In this document: piece after piece, positions 49,932 through 62,874 of the stretch
Position numbering within the stretch: position 1 is the first letter of the stretch
Layout: every line of letters begins with the position of its first letter
From: Anthoceros angustus
Taxonomy: Eukaryota; Plantae; Anthocerotophyta
Direction: 5' to 3'
DNA length: 64,000 nt
Assembly: GCA_010909165.1 (NCBI GenBank)
Contig: MU008161.1
Location: 62,001 to 126,000 of the forward strand
The notes under the pieces: generated by a model
The model's input: only the letters and a program-made list of their open reading frames with translations
Database searches by the model: none
Told to the model about the DNA's origin: nothing
Made by a program: the position numbers and the translations under genes

Positions 49932-51180
49932 TTGTGGCCCATGCAAAGCAACTGGCACCCACTGCCTGACCACTAAAGCTCAAGGAGCACTAAAGCAAGG
50001 GCAGACCTCTAAACTACTGGCAGACCTGCTGTGAACGGAGCGCGGAAAGGGGTGCAGACAGAAAGCGCCGAGGAATTACACCAGGTCTACCTAGGGCTAA
50101 GCAGGTATCACCAGAGCAAACATTGAATTGCCCGCTGGATGCCTGGTCTGGTCCCTCGTCAAGGAGAGAGAGGTTCGCATAAAGATCCGTATGGTTGAGC
50201 TTGGTTAGAGACAGCCGAGCATGGCGAGCCCTCCCTGGCCGAAGCACACCGAGCTTCCTTCCCTCTGAGAACGAGAGGTGCCTCTTGTTTGCCCTGTCGT
50301 AGTGCTTCGATTTTCCAAGTTTGGGTTGCTGGCTTCTCGTAATCCTGTTTGTCACGAGGGATAGGGCTTAAGAACTCAGGATTTGGCAATGGTATATATT
50401 GAAAAGTGGGACTTCGGAAGCCCCCTTCTCAAAGTGGAATCAAAGACCATCGCAATTTGTGTAAAGACCGTCCGCAAAGCTATGGACGCAACAGCCAAGC
50501 TGCTTGCACTAGCTTGCATTCTCGTAGGTGGTCGTATTTGTGCAGTCCGTACCTGCAGATCTAGGTGTTGGTTTGATCTGACCTGTCACGGACTTTTTGT
50601 AGTCAAGAAGCGCGGTTGGACCTTCCATATTCGTCTGGACTAAAAATTCTGCTCATGGTGGTGCAGTTAGGAGGGGCTGACGATTGCACTACTGCGTCGA
50701 CCTGGGAGAGGTGGCAAAACTTTCCGATTATGGGTTCACATATAAGGTTGAGTATGCTTTGTCACTGAGCTGTGAATCTCGGGATGCTCAGGGCCATTGC
50801 AGGTGCAGAGGCAACGTGCAGGGCACTAGTGGCAGGCAGCTGGGCCTTCAAACTTCGAGTGAGTCTCAGGGCACGGATGGCATGTAACCGCTTCAGGTTC
50901 ACAGCACTCCGATTACGTATCGTAAGTCGAGAGCATATAGCAGATGCTGAAGCTGTTTCTGGTACAGTGAATCTATATCACTTGCACAACGAGCTTTCGT
51001 ATGGTTCAAAAGCTCACAATAGCTTCGTAAGTTAGCACTTCCACAGAGATCAAACTACATCCCTGTGCACCTGGAAATGTTGCTGCTTTTGATGTAAATC
51101 AACAGCGAGATTTTCTGTGATAATATCCCAGGGAAGCTGAGTGCTGGACCTTGTATCTTCACAGACACAAGGGATGAGTT

Positions 51181-51308
<128 letters not shown>

Positions 51309-53674
51309 ACCGTGGATGAGTTCTCAAGACATTTCGTGGTAGGTTGGGTGGCCTTGTGCTCAGGCAGAGAACTATCGTGCATCCTAAGGTGGTTTTAAGA
51401 AGTTGTGAATTCAAAGAGGCAGTGCGTTACTGTACGCATCAGCTTTTTGCTTCAGTGCTTACACAGTACTTGCTTGTGGTGGCAGTCGAGGTGTCCTGTC
51501 AGTATGAATGGTGGCTGTCCTCGATTCCCCAGATGTGACAATGCCTGAACACGCAGCTGCAGTTGCTCTTTCTAACTGTAATAGGTCCTTGCTGATTGAT
51601 CATATGATGTCGTCTCCAATAGGAAAAGCTTGCTTGTTTCCTTGACTGCTATCCTAGTTCATGTTCAGACTTCACATGTCTTCAGAGGAAAGGAATGGTT
51701 GTGTTTTGTAGTCAAATGGGTACACTGAATGACTACCTGCTGTCCTAAGAACTAAGGGAAAATGGGTACTGTGCAAGGATAAGAACGAAATAACAAAGGG
51801 GATGTTTTGTGTGGTGTGAATGAAGCTTTCTATTCTGATAGCAAGGGATCTCTGCAGCAACGCCTCTTGGTGCCAATGGTGCATAGGATTCCAGTAGGCA
51901 TCATGAGTTTAAAGTAGAGCCAACTTTAGAAAAGGACTCCCGCTACAAATAGCGGCCATTGTAATCTAGAAGGGGCATTCAGCAATGGATGGGACGGAGT
52001 CCCCTTGCTCACTGCGGAGCTTCTAAGCTCCTGTGCCTTGACCCTACCAGCATTCTAGCTTGGTAGTCCCCTGTACGTCCGAGTCATATACTTTGTGTTT
52101 TCCTGAGGGGCTTGATTGCTGACACTCAGTCGTGCCGCAATTCCATCTGTGTATGTATGTATGGTGCAGGACTCGGTGAGCGCAAAGACTAGGCCACATC
52201 AAGCTGTGGACGCTCTTCCCCCCCAGGCCACACGGTGACACTGTAGCGGCAGGTCACGATGTCCCCATAATCAGACTAACATGTCCAGTTCCGTCCCGAC
52301 ATACAGAAGAGGTCATTCGTCACCAGTCTGTCGTTCAATAGGAAAGTCCATAGGAGCATCTCAGAATGTGTGAGACTGGCTACAAGTAGAAGGGTAGGGG
52401 TCTCCCTCTTGGGGTGAGCTGCTACCTCAAGGAAACAGAGTATTTAACAGTACGGTGCACTTTGAACCGGTCCTTAACCAAACAAAGTACATACTCGGAG
52501 GGCATTTCAGCTTCTTCTAGAACTTGGGTTGTTTCCGGGGTCGTATGTATTGATACGCTGCCTATAAGGAGCGTCGGGCAAGATAAGCCCAGACGCACAA
52601 GCCTTACGAGTTCTTCTGCGCTCCCAAGTATGAAACAAGGAACGATCCATTAACCCCTAAAGACAAACCCGCTCAATTTGAGAGGTTTTGGGTGTGTTCT
52701 GGGCTGTGAGATTTTTTCCATACCGATTCTCCATGTCGAATCTTTGAGCATATGTGTCTGGCATTGCGGGGAATATGTAGGTTATCCAAAACCGAAAAAA
52801 TGGATACCATTTTCATGCCCAACGATGGGCATGAAGGCAAGATTCCTCAAAGATGCCCTGAACCTTGGCAGGTTCACAAGCCAACGGGCGGGTGGGCTCT
52901 TTTTCGAATGGCCCATTTTTCAGTTTGGAAATTCGGATCAGCATGATTCAGACCTTGCGTGATGGAGATGTTTAGGTGAGGATGTCCATGAAGCTGTCAT
53001 GGATCCGTGATAAAGTTTGCTCAACGAAGTGAAAATGTTCGCTGCGTCCTTGTGACTATCAAACTCACCTTGCCTTAGAAATTAGTGGGAGTCCTTGTGA
53101 CATTCAAACTCACCTTGCCTTGGAAATTAGTGGGAGGGGCATATGAGGGACTCTCTTCATGCTGGTAATTGTGATAGTGAGAAAAGCCTTATGGCATACC
53201 AAAGAGGACATAGGGGATTGGGCATTTTTTTTCGCGCGAAACCCGTACAATGTGTAGGCATCTTGAAGAATATACCACTGATTCGTGTACAGAGGAGCAC
53301 CCTCACACCACATACTGCTTTGGCGCCCTAACCGAAAATGTTTCAATCCTTGCAACTTGAAAACAAAGAGTTGGGACACTATGTTTTCAGAGTCTTCCGC
53401 CCGACCTTTTGCGATTTATGTTTTCTTCGATGCTATCCCATGGCCGCCAAACCCTAACCTGGCCGTCGCGCCGGCTGCTCCATCTGGTTGCCAAACCCTA
53501 CCTCGGCCACGGCCATGTTCTTCCAAGGCAATGACGGCCGCGGCGGCCGCAATGGCCATGGTTTGCAAACCCTGCACACGCTCGCGGCCGTGTGCGCGTC
53601 TTCTCAGTTGGGGACATTGGAATCGTGTTTTTGTTGGGAAACACGTGATGCTCGGAACAGGAAGAGGGGATGGG

Positions 53675-55085
53675 TCACCGAATTGGGTAGAGCCATGCCT
53701 CCTTCTTCCATAGCATTATATAGACGAAGGGCTTCCAAGTACATACCCCGCTGGGAATACGCTGCTATTATTGCAGTCCAGGTAACCACATCCTTATGAC
53801 CAAGTCCATCAAACATTCTCTGAGCGTCCTCCAAGCTACCACACTTGGCATACATATTCACCAGACTGTTGGCCATAAATACATCGCCTTCATGTCCTCT
53901 TTCCCTGACTTGCACATGGACCTGCCTCCCTTTCTCTAGAGCTAGGGTGCCTACACTCGCACGAGCCTGCAGGAGGCACACAAATGTCATGCAATTAGGT
54001 CCAGCCATGCCTTCATTTTGCATAGCGACAAATCCGTGGCCGCCCATACCTTGCTGAGAATATCCTGCTATCATAGCAATCCACGTCACCACATTCTTTC
54101 TGATCCAGGCTGTCAAACACTCTTTGAGCATCCCCCAAGCTGTCACACTTTGAATACATATTCACCAAACTGTTACAAACATGCAACCGCTCAACGCCAT
54201 CACTAACAAATGAGCATGCACTGCTGCCTGATTTCGATCGGATCCTTGCACAAGCGTGAAGAGCTGCCACAAACACATGGCCATCCGGGTTTGCACTTGA
54301 CCTTCACATCCGATGATGCCTCTATGGCTCGCTTGTCCTCCATGTTTAACATGCGCAAAATCATAGAAGACCACATGAACGCATCCGGTTCACACCATCA
54401 AACACCTCCATCGCTTCTTTCAGCCTGCCATGAAAAGAATACATCCGTAATATATGATTGCACAGGAAAGTGTCCGCCTGGTATCCTTTTGTCACCGCAC
54501 AAGCATGAACATGGCTGCGCAAAACAAGATCCTTCTTCACCACACATCTCTTCAGCAGAGCATAAAATACAAATATGGAAGTACAAGTACCTGTCTGCAC
54601 TTGAACTTCCAAAGCTTCAACAGCCTAAGCGAGATGGCCCTCATTGCACAACTTGCTCACTGTTTCAGGTGTCATGCCCCGATCATCGCCTACAGGCGTA
54701 CAACGCCCAGGATTATCCGCCAAGCTCCTGTTGGACCCACAACGACCCATCCCGTGTCCAGAGCTCACCAGATCCACCCAACCCGCTTGTAGAAGTTGTC
54801 TATCCAGAACTGTTGGGATTGCTCGTGTCGGAAGTTAGGGGAGCTATGGCTTTTCTTATTTTGCCCGTGATCCCACCAAAGTGAGGGGTCACCAAGAATT
54901 GTCGCCACAAATTCTCCGCGACAACGTTCAGATCTATCGCGATGCATTCTCTTGCACCGGCTTCCTTCCTTGTAAGGGTGCCACTGATGCACCTCTCGCA
55001 TTGTGTCTTGGCATTTCCTCTATAGGCTCCCTCTTCCTGCAAGCAATGAAAGTCGGGAGCTTTGCAATTGAGTCTCGGAGAGGTC
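53675..55085 (-). pseudogene. PLS-class PPR gene with N-terminal OSB-type PDF motif(s); frameshifted and 3'-truncated
   Basis: NSLVNMYAKCGSLEDAQRMFD, DVVTWTAIIAAYSQRG, PNCMTFVCLLQA, GRQVHVQV, SKLCNEGHL. Upstream are NLWRQFLGDPSLWWDH..NKKSHSSPNFRH...FWID and KAPDF. One in-frame stop plus indels. PPR similarity ends abruptly at LPNSVT. Confidence 0.85.
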
Positions 55086-55189
55086 AAGGGGACCCGTTGT
55101 TGGGACCGTTTTCGTGGATCCAGGGAAATGATAATCTGCAGCCATTAACCACACCATCACCATCGTCTATCCAACAACCTCACCAAGAA

Positions 55190-57005
55190 TGTTTAGGGTG
55201 TCTACAACGAGCCGAAGTTTACAGCAAAGGGGAGCTATTCCATTCATCAAAAAAGTGAAAAAATATATACCTATTTAGGGCACTATTCACTATGGCACCT
55301 ATAAATCCCTAGAATTAATAATTAATTAAATGCTAGGGCTAGAAGTAGTTTCTTAGGAAGTTACTTAAATAGTTAGTTATTATATCGGTTATATCGGTTA
55401 CAACAACCTATAATTGTTTGTACTATATAAACACTTGCTTCAAGCATCATAATCAATGCTAAGCGCATCTTAGAGCAAGCTATGATTCTCATCACGGTAT
55501 CAGAGCATCTTGCTCTTGATTTTTTGAGCATACGACCTGCTGCCTACGAAGTTATCAACTCTGCTATGCCTATTCTATCCTAGCATCTTCTAATTGCTAG
55601 ATATGCAGCGAGGAGGCTTCATATTCGGCAGCAACTTTATTATGCTCAAATTCTTATAATGCACAATTTGTGCATTCAATTCTCTCCAAATGGCTATGAA
55701 TTCTTCATGTCCATCTAAACATAGACTTTGGAGAGCATATAAGACTGCGAAGCAAAAGGAAGATCATAAGACCCATGAATTCCAATGCTCAAGAAAGGCA
55801 GATTCAACAATTGACGCGATTACTTATCTTGCTGCGAAGACCACCAATTTTATTGGTTCAATTTTGATTAAGTCTCATAATCAAGGACATAAAATCAAAA
55901 TTGCTGAACGAAGTCTGCTTAAAACCTTAACTCCCATTCAAGTTAAGTCAATTGAATTAGCATTGCAACATATTCCCAATCTTCGTGCTGGTCACTCTAC
56001 TCCAGGATATTATCTTGTTTTGCCAAACATTGCATCAATTAGTTCAGATATAAAGGACTTACAATATCAAATTCAGGATAGATTAGGCCTACTAACAAGT
56101 GAAATTTGTGAACTTAGCAACCAACTTGCAGCTTAGTCACAAAATTTCTCCTCGTAATCATGAAGATAGTCCACTGCATCCTTCTAGTTTATGAATATGC
56201 AGATTATGATTCTGACGAAGATGCAGCCAAATTTCCACATGTGAACACCTTTAACACATCAGCATCAGCACGGCATAGCCGTGCTCTTTGATTTCACCTG
56301 CAATGTCTCGGCTGGACGAAGTTGAAGAACCATACGCCAAAGAAATAATTAATAGAGGCAAGGAGTAGGACTCACCTGATTCAAAATCGACAATAATCCA
56401 TAGTTATGGAGACGGCTTTAAAGAGAAAGATAGATTCAAAGGCAAAGATTACGATATCTGGCGCCTACGAATGCGTGGAGTCCTCTACAACCGAAATCTT
56501 TGGGAAGTTGTTAATGGAAGTCTTGAACGCCCTGCTTTGGGGCCAAAGAATAAGCGTACCAGGGACGCTGCAAGGACGAGAAGGTACAAAATATCCTCAT
56601 CAGTAGTCTTTCACAACAAATGGTGAGACACATAAGTGAAGCACGATCATCTAAAGAAATGTGGGACCATCTCACCCAACTATACTCCTCTAGAGATGTC
56701 ATGAGCTTAATGACAGCTACTCGCAACTTCCACAACCTCAAGATGGAGTCAGACTCCATCGAACATCATGTCAATGCTTTTCGCCTGGCGCGATTAGAAC
56801 TTGAGGCTGCATCCAATTCAAATCTCTTTGAATAAAACTGCTTTGTGGTTCTCTTATTCTGCTTGCCACCCTTCTATAGATCATTTGTAACAACTGAAAA
56901 CACCGTTTTGAGAAATTCTCGTAAAAATATGGGGAAAGATGACTCAGAAGACACTTTGGACATAAGTATCACTAAGTTAATCGGAGCATTAATCCAGGAG
57001 GAGTC
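55190..57005 (+). mobile_element. Ty1/copia 5' end: LTR, tRNA-iMet PBS and truncated gag
   Basis: ...CA|CGGTATCAGAGC at 55495-55506. Gag motifs SSKEMWDHLTQLY, FHNLKM..SIEHHVNAF, LLFCLPPFYRSFV. LTR start uncertain. Confidence 0.82.
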
Positions 57006-60000
57006 AAGCGGCGCGAAGGATGGAAGACAACTCGCTCACCCTTGAGAAAACTATCACTCGAGAAGAATCGAGCAGCAACAAGGCACTGGAGAAGAATCGA
57101 GCAGCAACAACATCGCGTAACCAAGTTCCACGCTACTCGGAGGGAGCTAGGTAAGCTAAGGGCGGGGAGAGCCCGGAGTGGCCTGACTTGTGCAGAAGCG
57201 GCTACAGAGGCAGTGCGGTACCCATGCCCATCCGTAGCGTAAAGATACACGCTGGGCTGACTTGGGGACACGGAACGGACGAAGAGTGAAGGTGGAGGAA
57301 GTGTGGTGCTGATTAGCGGGGCTAGCTGAGGACGTGGACGGGTCCTTAAACGTCTGGTAGTACCGGACTTCGCTGGTAGAACTTGTTATGGAACACAATA
57401 GGAATGGGAGTTAAGGTGGTGCGCAGTAGAAGGTTTGAGTGGGGGTTAGGGCTGACCCAAGGTTGTAACCTTAGACAGTTAGTGATGCGTCGGGCAGCCT
57501 GCAAAACGGTCCGCTTCGTTAGGAGGTTCGAGTTGTCCCCCAGGTATTTCTCCTAGTGCACGGCAAGATTAGCTGCACGGATGCCCTGCGGACTCTGATC
57601 GCTGACCCTGCCTAGTGACGGACCTAGGCGCCCGCACAACATTGAGATAACACTGGGAGCAACCCTCTGGGGGCTGAGGTCTGCTGCACACTCTGCCGTT
57701 GGAGTCCGAGTCCAGTGGCTAGAGAGAAGTTCATTAATACCAATATGAGCCAGACGGAAACCCTCGAAGTAGTTAGAATTAATAGGCTGACGGTGAGGCA
57801 CGATACATTCTCTTAGGATTGAACCACATACTACACGATACGCGACATAGCGTGCGCCCGACTGGTTCGCGAGTGAAAGTCCGTCCACACAAAGGTTGAG
57901 GTTCCACTTCCTATAGACCCGAACAAAACTCTCAGCTTGGAGAATCTTCAACTTCTTCAACGCGTGCAAGAGGTAACAAGAAGAAAGAACATCATAATTT
58001 TTGAAGGGGGTGAATAATCTCAAAGGGGGTTTTCCGTAAATAATCTCTGAAGGGGGTTTTTGATGGGCCCTAAAACAACGTTTTTAAGGCATTCCGGAAA
58101 ACATCTCCGAAAAAAAGGGTGTCGCCCATTAAAGTTCCTACTTTCCATCAAGCAATGTTTCTGTCGAATGGTGGTCGCAAACTCGAACCTATGGGATTAA
58201 TGCAAAGTAGGAATGGTAAGGAAGGCCGTTCCTTCCGGGAAGGGACGACTGTAAATTCAGTTTTGGGAGGAAAATGTGGTTTAGTAAGGACACAACAAAA
58301 GCCACGGACAAGGTATTTCCAAAACACAGTAACTTCTGGAACCAGATGGACAACATTCACTCTGGGACCCTAGGACAAACCGTGATTTCAGTTTCACTCA
58401 TCACCAGAGTTCAATCCTTCATCATCACTTGGTCCACCTTCTCCAGCATTGTCATCACTATCTTCAGCGGCACTTTGACTCGCAGTCAGATGAAGTCAAG
58501 AACTTGCGTAGCTTATTCATTATCGCTTTTTTGTCCACCGCATACACATGTTTCCGTGCGTTCAACACAAACCCATAATACAAGATGGCTGTTTCATTCA
58601 CAAACACCTCTTGTATATTTTTTGGGTAACGGACCTTATTCCCTTTTTCCCTCGGCATCAGACCAGATGGGTTAGCGCTCTGACGGACTATGTATTCCTA
58701 CACATATCTCCCTTCGCACGCATCTGTGTGCTCGGTCCAATACCAGTGGATAAGAAAGTGAGGCCGTGGTGCATCTAGCTTCGCGTCAATGACTCTCCCC
58801 AATCCAGAATGGCTTATTATGCGTGTCCATTATGCATGGCACTGCCAGAAACATCCCCTTCCGGATTTCCATTATGTCTCCATTCATCCACGCCATTCCC
58901 ACTGTTGCCTTCCGGCATTTTGATATGCCCCCAAGTACATATCATGCCGTGGAGGTCCTCAATAATGCCTCATCCAAGCAAAGCTTCATCCGCACTTGAA
59001 GGGGTCAGTCAGATGATCCACTGCACGTGAAAACCACTGTGACCGTAGCACTAGCCCAATGTTATTCTCCACAATGATAGCAATCTCCTTCTGGTCCACC
59101 TAAAAGGCTTCTCACCACTTGTACTCTTCAGCAGTCACCTATGGACGCAAATCTTTTAACCCTTCTTGCGTTCTCCCCAAGGAGCACTGTGGTGGGAGCT
59201 TGATCCGCATCCGAAGTTCAAAGTTAGACATTCTCGCCGAGGGGGGCTCACCCACTTTGAGTGGCGCGGGGTGTTGAGCATGGTGCACCAACTAGTGCAA
59301 ACGGACATACGGACATTGCGTCGATGGAGGGAGTCATGGAGGACAAGAAAGAAGAGTCGCGAAAAATTTTGGGGCTGTGCACCGCTTATCAAGTGGGAGG
59401 TGAACAAGCACCACCAAAGGTCAAAGATCTTGACCGCCGTAGGATGGGCAAGGGCACTTGTGATCAACAAAAGGCAGCCGCGAGGAAGGCAGAGAGGCGC
59501 ATGCCTCCCATCATTGCAAAGGATGTATGGTTGAAGTGCGATAAGAGGAAGAGGCAAGGCGCAAGTGGAAGCCGGAGGTGCTTAACGCCAAGAAGCCATA
59601 GCCGCATGTCGAAGCGGGAAGGGGGGAACCAACGGACCCAACCCATACGGCAAACAAGGGCGAGAGGGATACTGTGCCAAATTTTGGAAGTGTTGGGGAA
59701 GACATCCAACATGGGCAGAAGAGTGCTGGGGTTCCCGGAACGGCGTAGAAAACATGCCGGAGCTTTGGGCAAGTACATTTCTGGAATTGGGTAAGGTGGT
59801 TTGCGTGTTCTTCATCCCGCGAAAATATGGACGGGGTGGTTGGGCTTTGGAAAAGTGATGCACACCAGGGGGCGGAAACTGGTGCACATGGCTTGCACAT
59901 AGACTGAGAATAGTAGACTGCCTGTGTAATTGCATTTGCACATGCCATGTGTGAATCTAACCAGGATGATGTTCTACAGAGCATAATGGAGAGGAAGGGG

Positions 60001-60157
60001 GTATGGAGGAAGTGGGAGAGGAGGGTGGAGAGACGTGCGGGCTCCCCACTGGCCACCCACAAAGTGGCTTCGTGGGGCCTGGAAAGTCCGTCTTTGCTTG
60101 AGAGGATGGAGTTGGCTACGTCTAGCCACCATCTATCGCTACCAGAGGGAGCGCTCT

Positions 60158-60385
60158 GGGAGACTGTGTGCGAGGTCTGCACCGAAAAGCGCCGGGAGAC
60201 TGTGCGAGGTCTGCAGCCGAGTGCGCCGGGAGATCGTGGCGAGGTCTGCACCGAAAAGCGCCGGGAGATCAGGCGAGGTCTGCAGCCGAGTGCGCCGGGG
60301 AGACTGTGTGCGAGGTCTGCAGCCGAGTGCGCCGGGGAGACTGTGTGCGAGGTCTGCAGCCGAGTGCGCCGGGGAGATTGTGTGC
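60158..60385. repeat. ~36-39-bp tandem repeat, about 6 copies
   Basis: GGGAGACTGTGTGCGAGGTCTGCAGCCGAGTGCGCC-type units. Confidence 0.92.
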
Positions 60386-60424
60386 TCAAGTGTCACCGGG
60401 CAAGTCCAGGTTCCCATGCTTGTC

Positions 60425-60618
60425 CAGGTTCCGTGCTTTTTCTTGCGGGCGCAGGCGAACGTGCCGGAACCGATAAGCTGGCTTTTTCTGTGTTCCGTGC
60501 TTTTTCTTGCGGGCGCAGGCGAACGTGCCGGAACCGATAAGCTGGCTTTTTCCAGGTTCCCGTGCTTTTTCTTGCGAGCATAAGCGAACGTGCCGGAACC
60601 TATAAGCTGGCTTTTTCC
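60425..60618. repeat. ~63-bp tandem repeat, 3 copies
   Basis: TTCCGTGCTTTTTCTTGCGGGCGCAGGCGAACGTGCCGGAACCGATAAGCTGGCTTTTT occurs three times. Confidence 0.92.
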
Positions 60619-60878
60619 GGATCCGAACCGGGCACATGCGAAATCGGTCGGTCTTTGCTATGCTCTCCACATCTTTCTAAAAAAACACAGGGCTTGCAAC
60701 GCACAATGAACTAAATATTCCCCCGCTTAAAGCCTGTGCTCTAGGCCTTCTTCAAGGCGAGGAGAAATGAACAGGTCATCGACTACCAAGTCTTACCGAG
60801 GCGAGAGCAAAGATTTTGAGAGCGGAAAGAACTAGTCATTTCTCCTCCCCTTGGTAAGACTGGTAGTCGATGGTTACC

Positions 60879-62041
60879 TCACATTTGAGCGGACAACGAG
60901 GACAGGTTTAGCTGATACTGGCTCGGGGCATTCCATGTGGAGTCTAGCCAATCCAGCATTTGAGTTGTCTGCAAGCTGGTAAAGACATGGAAGGCGTAAG
61001 CCAGGCTAAGTTCCTCGCCCACCTCTCGAGCCCAACGCACGTAGGAGTTGTCCTGTGCAACAAGCACGGATTCCGCGAAGATATCCCACTCCCAGAAGCT
61101 GTACGTGTCCCAGCCCACGGGAGCAGGCACGGTGAGGAAGCCATCGGGGTCGAGGTAGTTTCCGGCCAGCAGCGCCTGGTGCACTGAAGCGGAAACATCT
61201 GCCTGCAACCCGGGAATCCTCTCAGTGAAGTAAGTGGCGTTGATGGGAATAGGGTCACAGGCGATGGAGTGGACCGTGATGTCCTTCCCGGCCAGCACCT
61301 GCATCTGGCCCAGCAGTTTCTCTGCACTGCTGGAGTCCTTCCGCATCTATTCAAGCAGGTGAGTGAGAAGAAATTGCACCACGCCATGTAAACATCGGAG
61401 CTGCTTGCAAGCTTTCGAGGGAGAAAGGAACGCACATAGACGAAGAGGGTCGGGGGGTAGGCAGGAGGTTGGGCGGCCTGCACCGCACCGTCGAACGCGT
61501 AGTAGCTCATGAGCAGAATGCCCCGCAGTTCTAGCTGGGTGCTCAGCACGCTGACGAACATGGCGCCCAGGGAGAAGCCGAGCGCGGTAAGCGGGAGGTG
61601 CTCAAGCTGGTGCGTTTCCATCCAGGATCGCAGAAACTGGGACACCATGCGCAGATTGGGGTTGGTTTCCGGGTTGAGGCTCAGGTCCCACCCCCAGCCG
61701 CTGGCCTGGATGGAGATGACGGCATAGCCCCGAGCCAGGGCAGCCTGCACCACCAGCCGCTCCTCCGGGAGGCTGGAGCATACGGCGCAGTCGGGGCTGG
61801 GGTCCCAGAAATCCTCGGCTCTCTGGTGCCCGTGCCCGTGCGCCAAAAACAGGACGGCTGCTGGAGATGGCGGGATCTGCCAGATGGCATACGTCCCGGA
61901 CGGGATGTCCTGGTAGGTGGCTGCCAATCCCTCGCCACTCGCACTTGTCGCTTGCTGCAGCAGCAGCAGCAGCAGCAGCTGGAAGCAGTGCAAGGCGAGG
62001 AGAAATGATCCACCAGCAGCGGCTCTCCTGCTGCCTGCCAT
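60879..62041 (-). CDS. Secreted alpha/beta-hydrolase-fold protein (2 exons, ~357 aa)
   Basis: Leu-rich signal peptide, LFLAHG, FWD..C..C..LPEER and nucleophile elbow GFSLG. A phase-0 GT-AG intron at 61435-61347 joins LFVY to MRKD. C-terminal YAFHVFTS contains a candidate catalytic His. Confidence 0.85.
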
Positions 62042-62874
62042 TCTGGCAAGCTTCCCCCCAACAGCCAGCTTCCTCAGCCCACCGTCCAGGTTCTTCTTCC
62101 TCCAGGAATCTGGAATCAGCAGGACGCTATGGAGTACCGAATGATCAGTTGTGAAATCAAAATCTCTCTAGACATACCGTCCCACCGTGAACTTTGTTTC
62201 GGAGTGCCAAGGGAGTATCAAAACGAACCAATGCAGCATTTGCAAAATCGGAAGCTTGGATGCAGCCAAGGTGGCTGGGACAATACCTAGTGATCTGTTT
62301 TCTGGCCTCGAGCGCGGATGCTGAAAGCGAGGCGCTTCGAGTAAACGCGTCGGGCCTCATCCTCGTCGGCGGACCGCTCGGGTCCCGACAGTTCAGCCTG
62401 CCTGCAACAGTCGTCACCCAGAAGTCCGCGTCCCAACTGCAGAGCGTTCGGTAAGCGTCATGCTAATCCGCAGCTTCCAACTGACCCGAGGTAGATGTGT
62501 AATGAGGGCCGTTCTTGCAGGAAACCAGTGGGCACGATCCCACCCACGTAAACTGTGTACAGGAATAAACCTGCACCTCTTGTTGCCGCATTCTCTTCCG
62601 AAAGCCCCAATACCGTACCTTGAGGGGTGGTTCAACAGGATAATGCCGAAATAATTATTTTTTGAAAAATAAGGTTCAACATAAATATTTATATTTTTAA
62701 ATTTTCAATATTTATGAAAAATAATCTTCTCAAATTTTAATATCTATTAAAATACATAGGTATTTATATAGAACTAATGGATATGTATAGACCTCCCTAA
62801 ACAGCCCTTTTTCCATTTTAAATAAAAGAATTTAGCCTTGCATGAGAAGCATGCACTGGATCTAGTTAGTAAGT

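Noticed and set aside
52650-53675. piggyBac/hAT-type MITE truncating the PPR gene
   Set aside because: TTAACCCCT is present at the left, but there is no convincing right TIR or TSD. Left unassigned.
60158-60618. CRISPR-like array or repeat ORFs
   Set aside because: Head-to-tail tandem units without spacers. The ORFs in several frames are artefacts.
60944-62041. 365-aa single-exon ORF
   Set aside because: It reads through an 89-bp GT-AG intron. The spliced form restores LFVYMRKD and the conserved-looking C-terminus.
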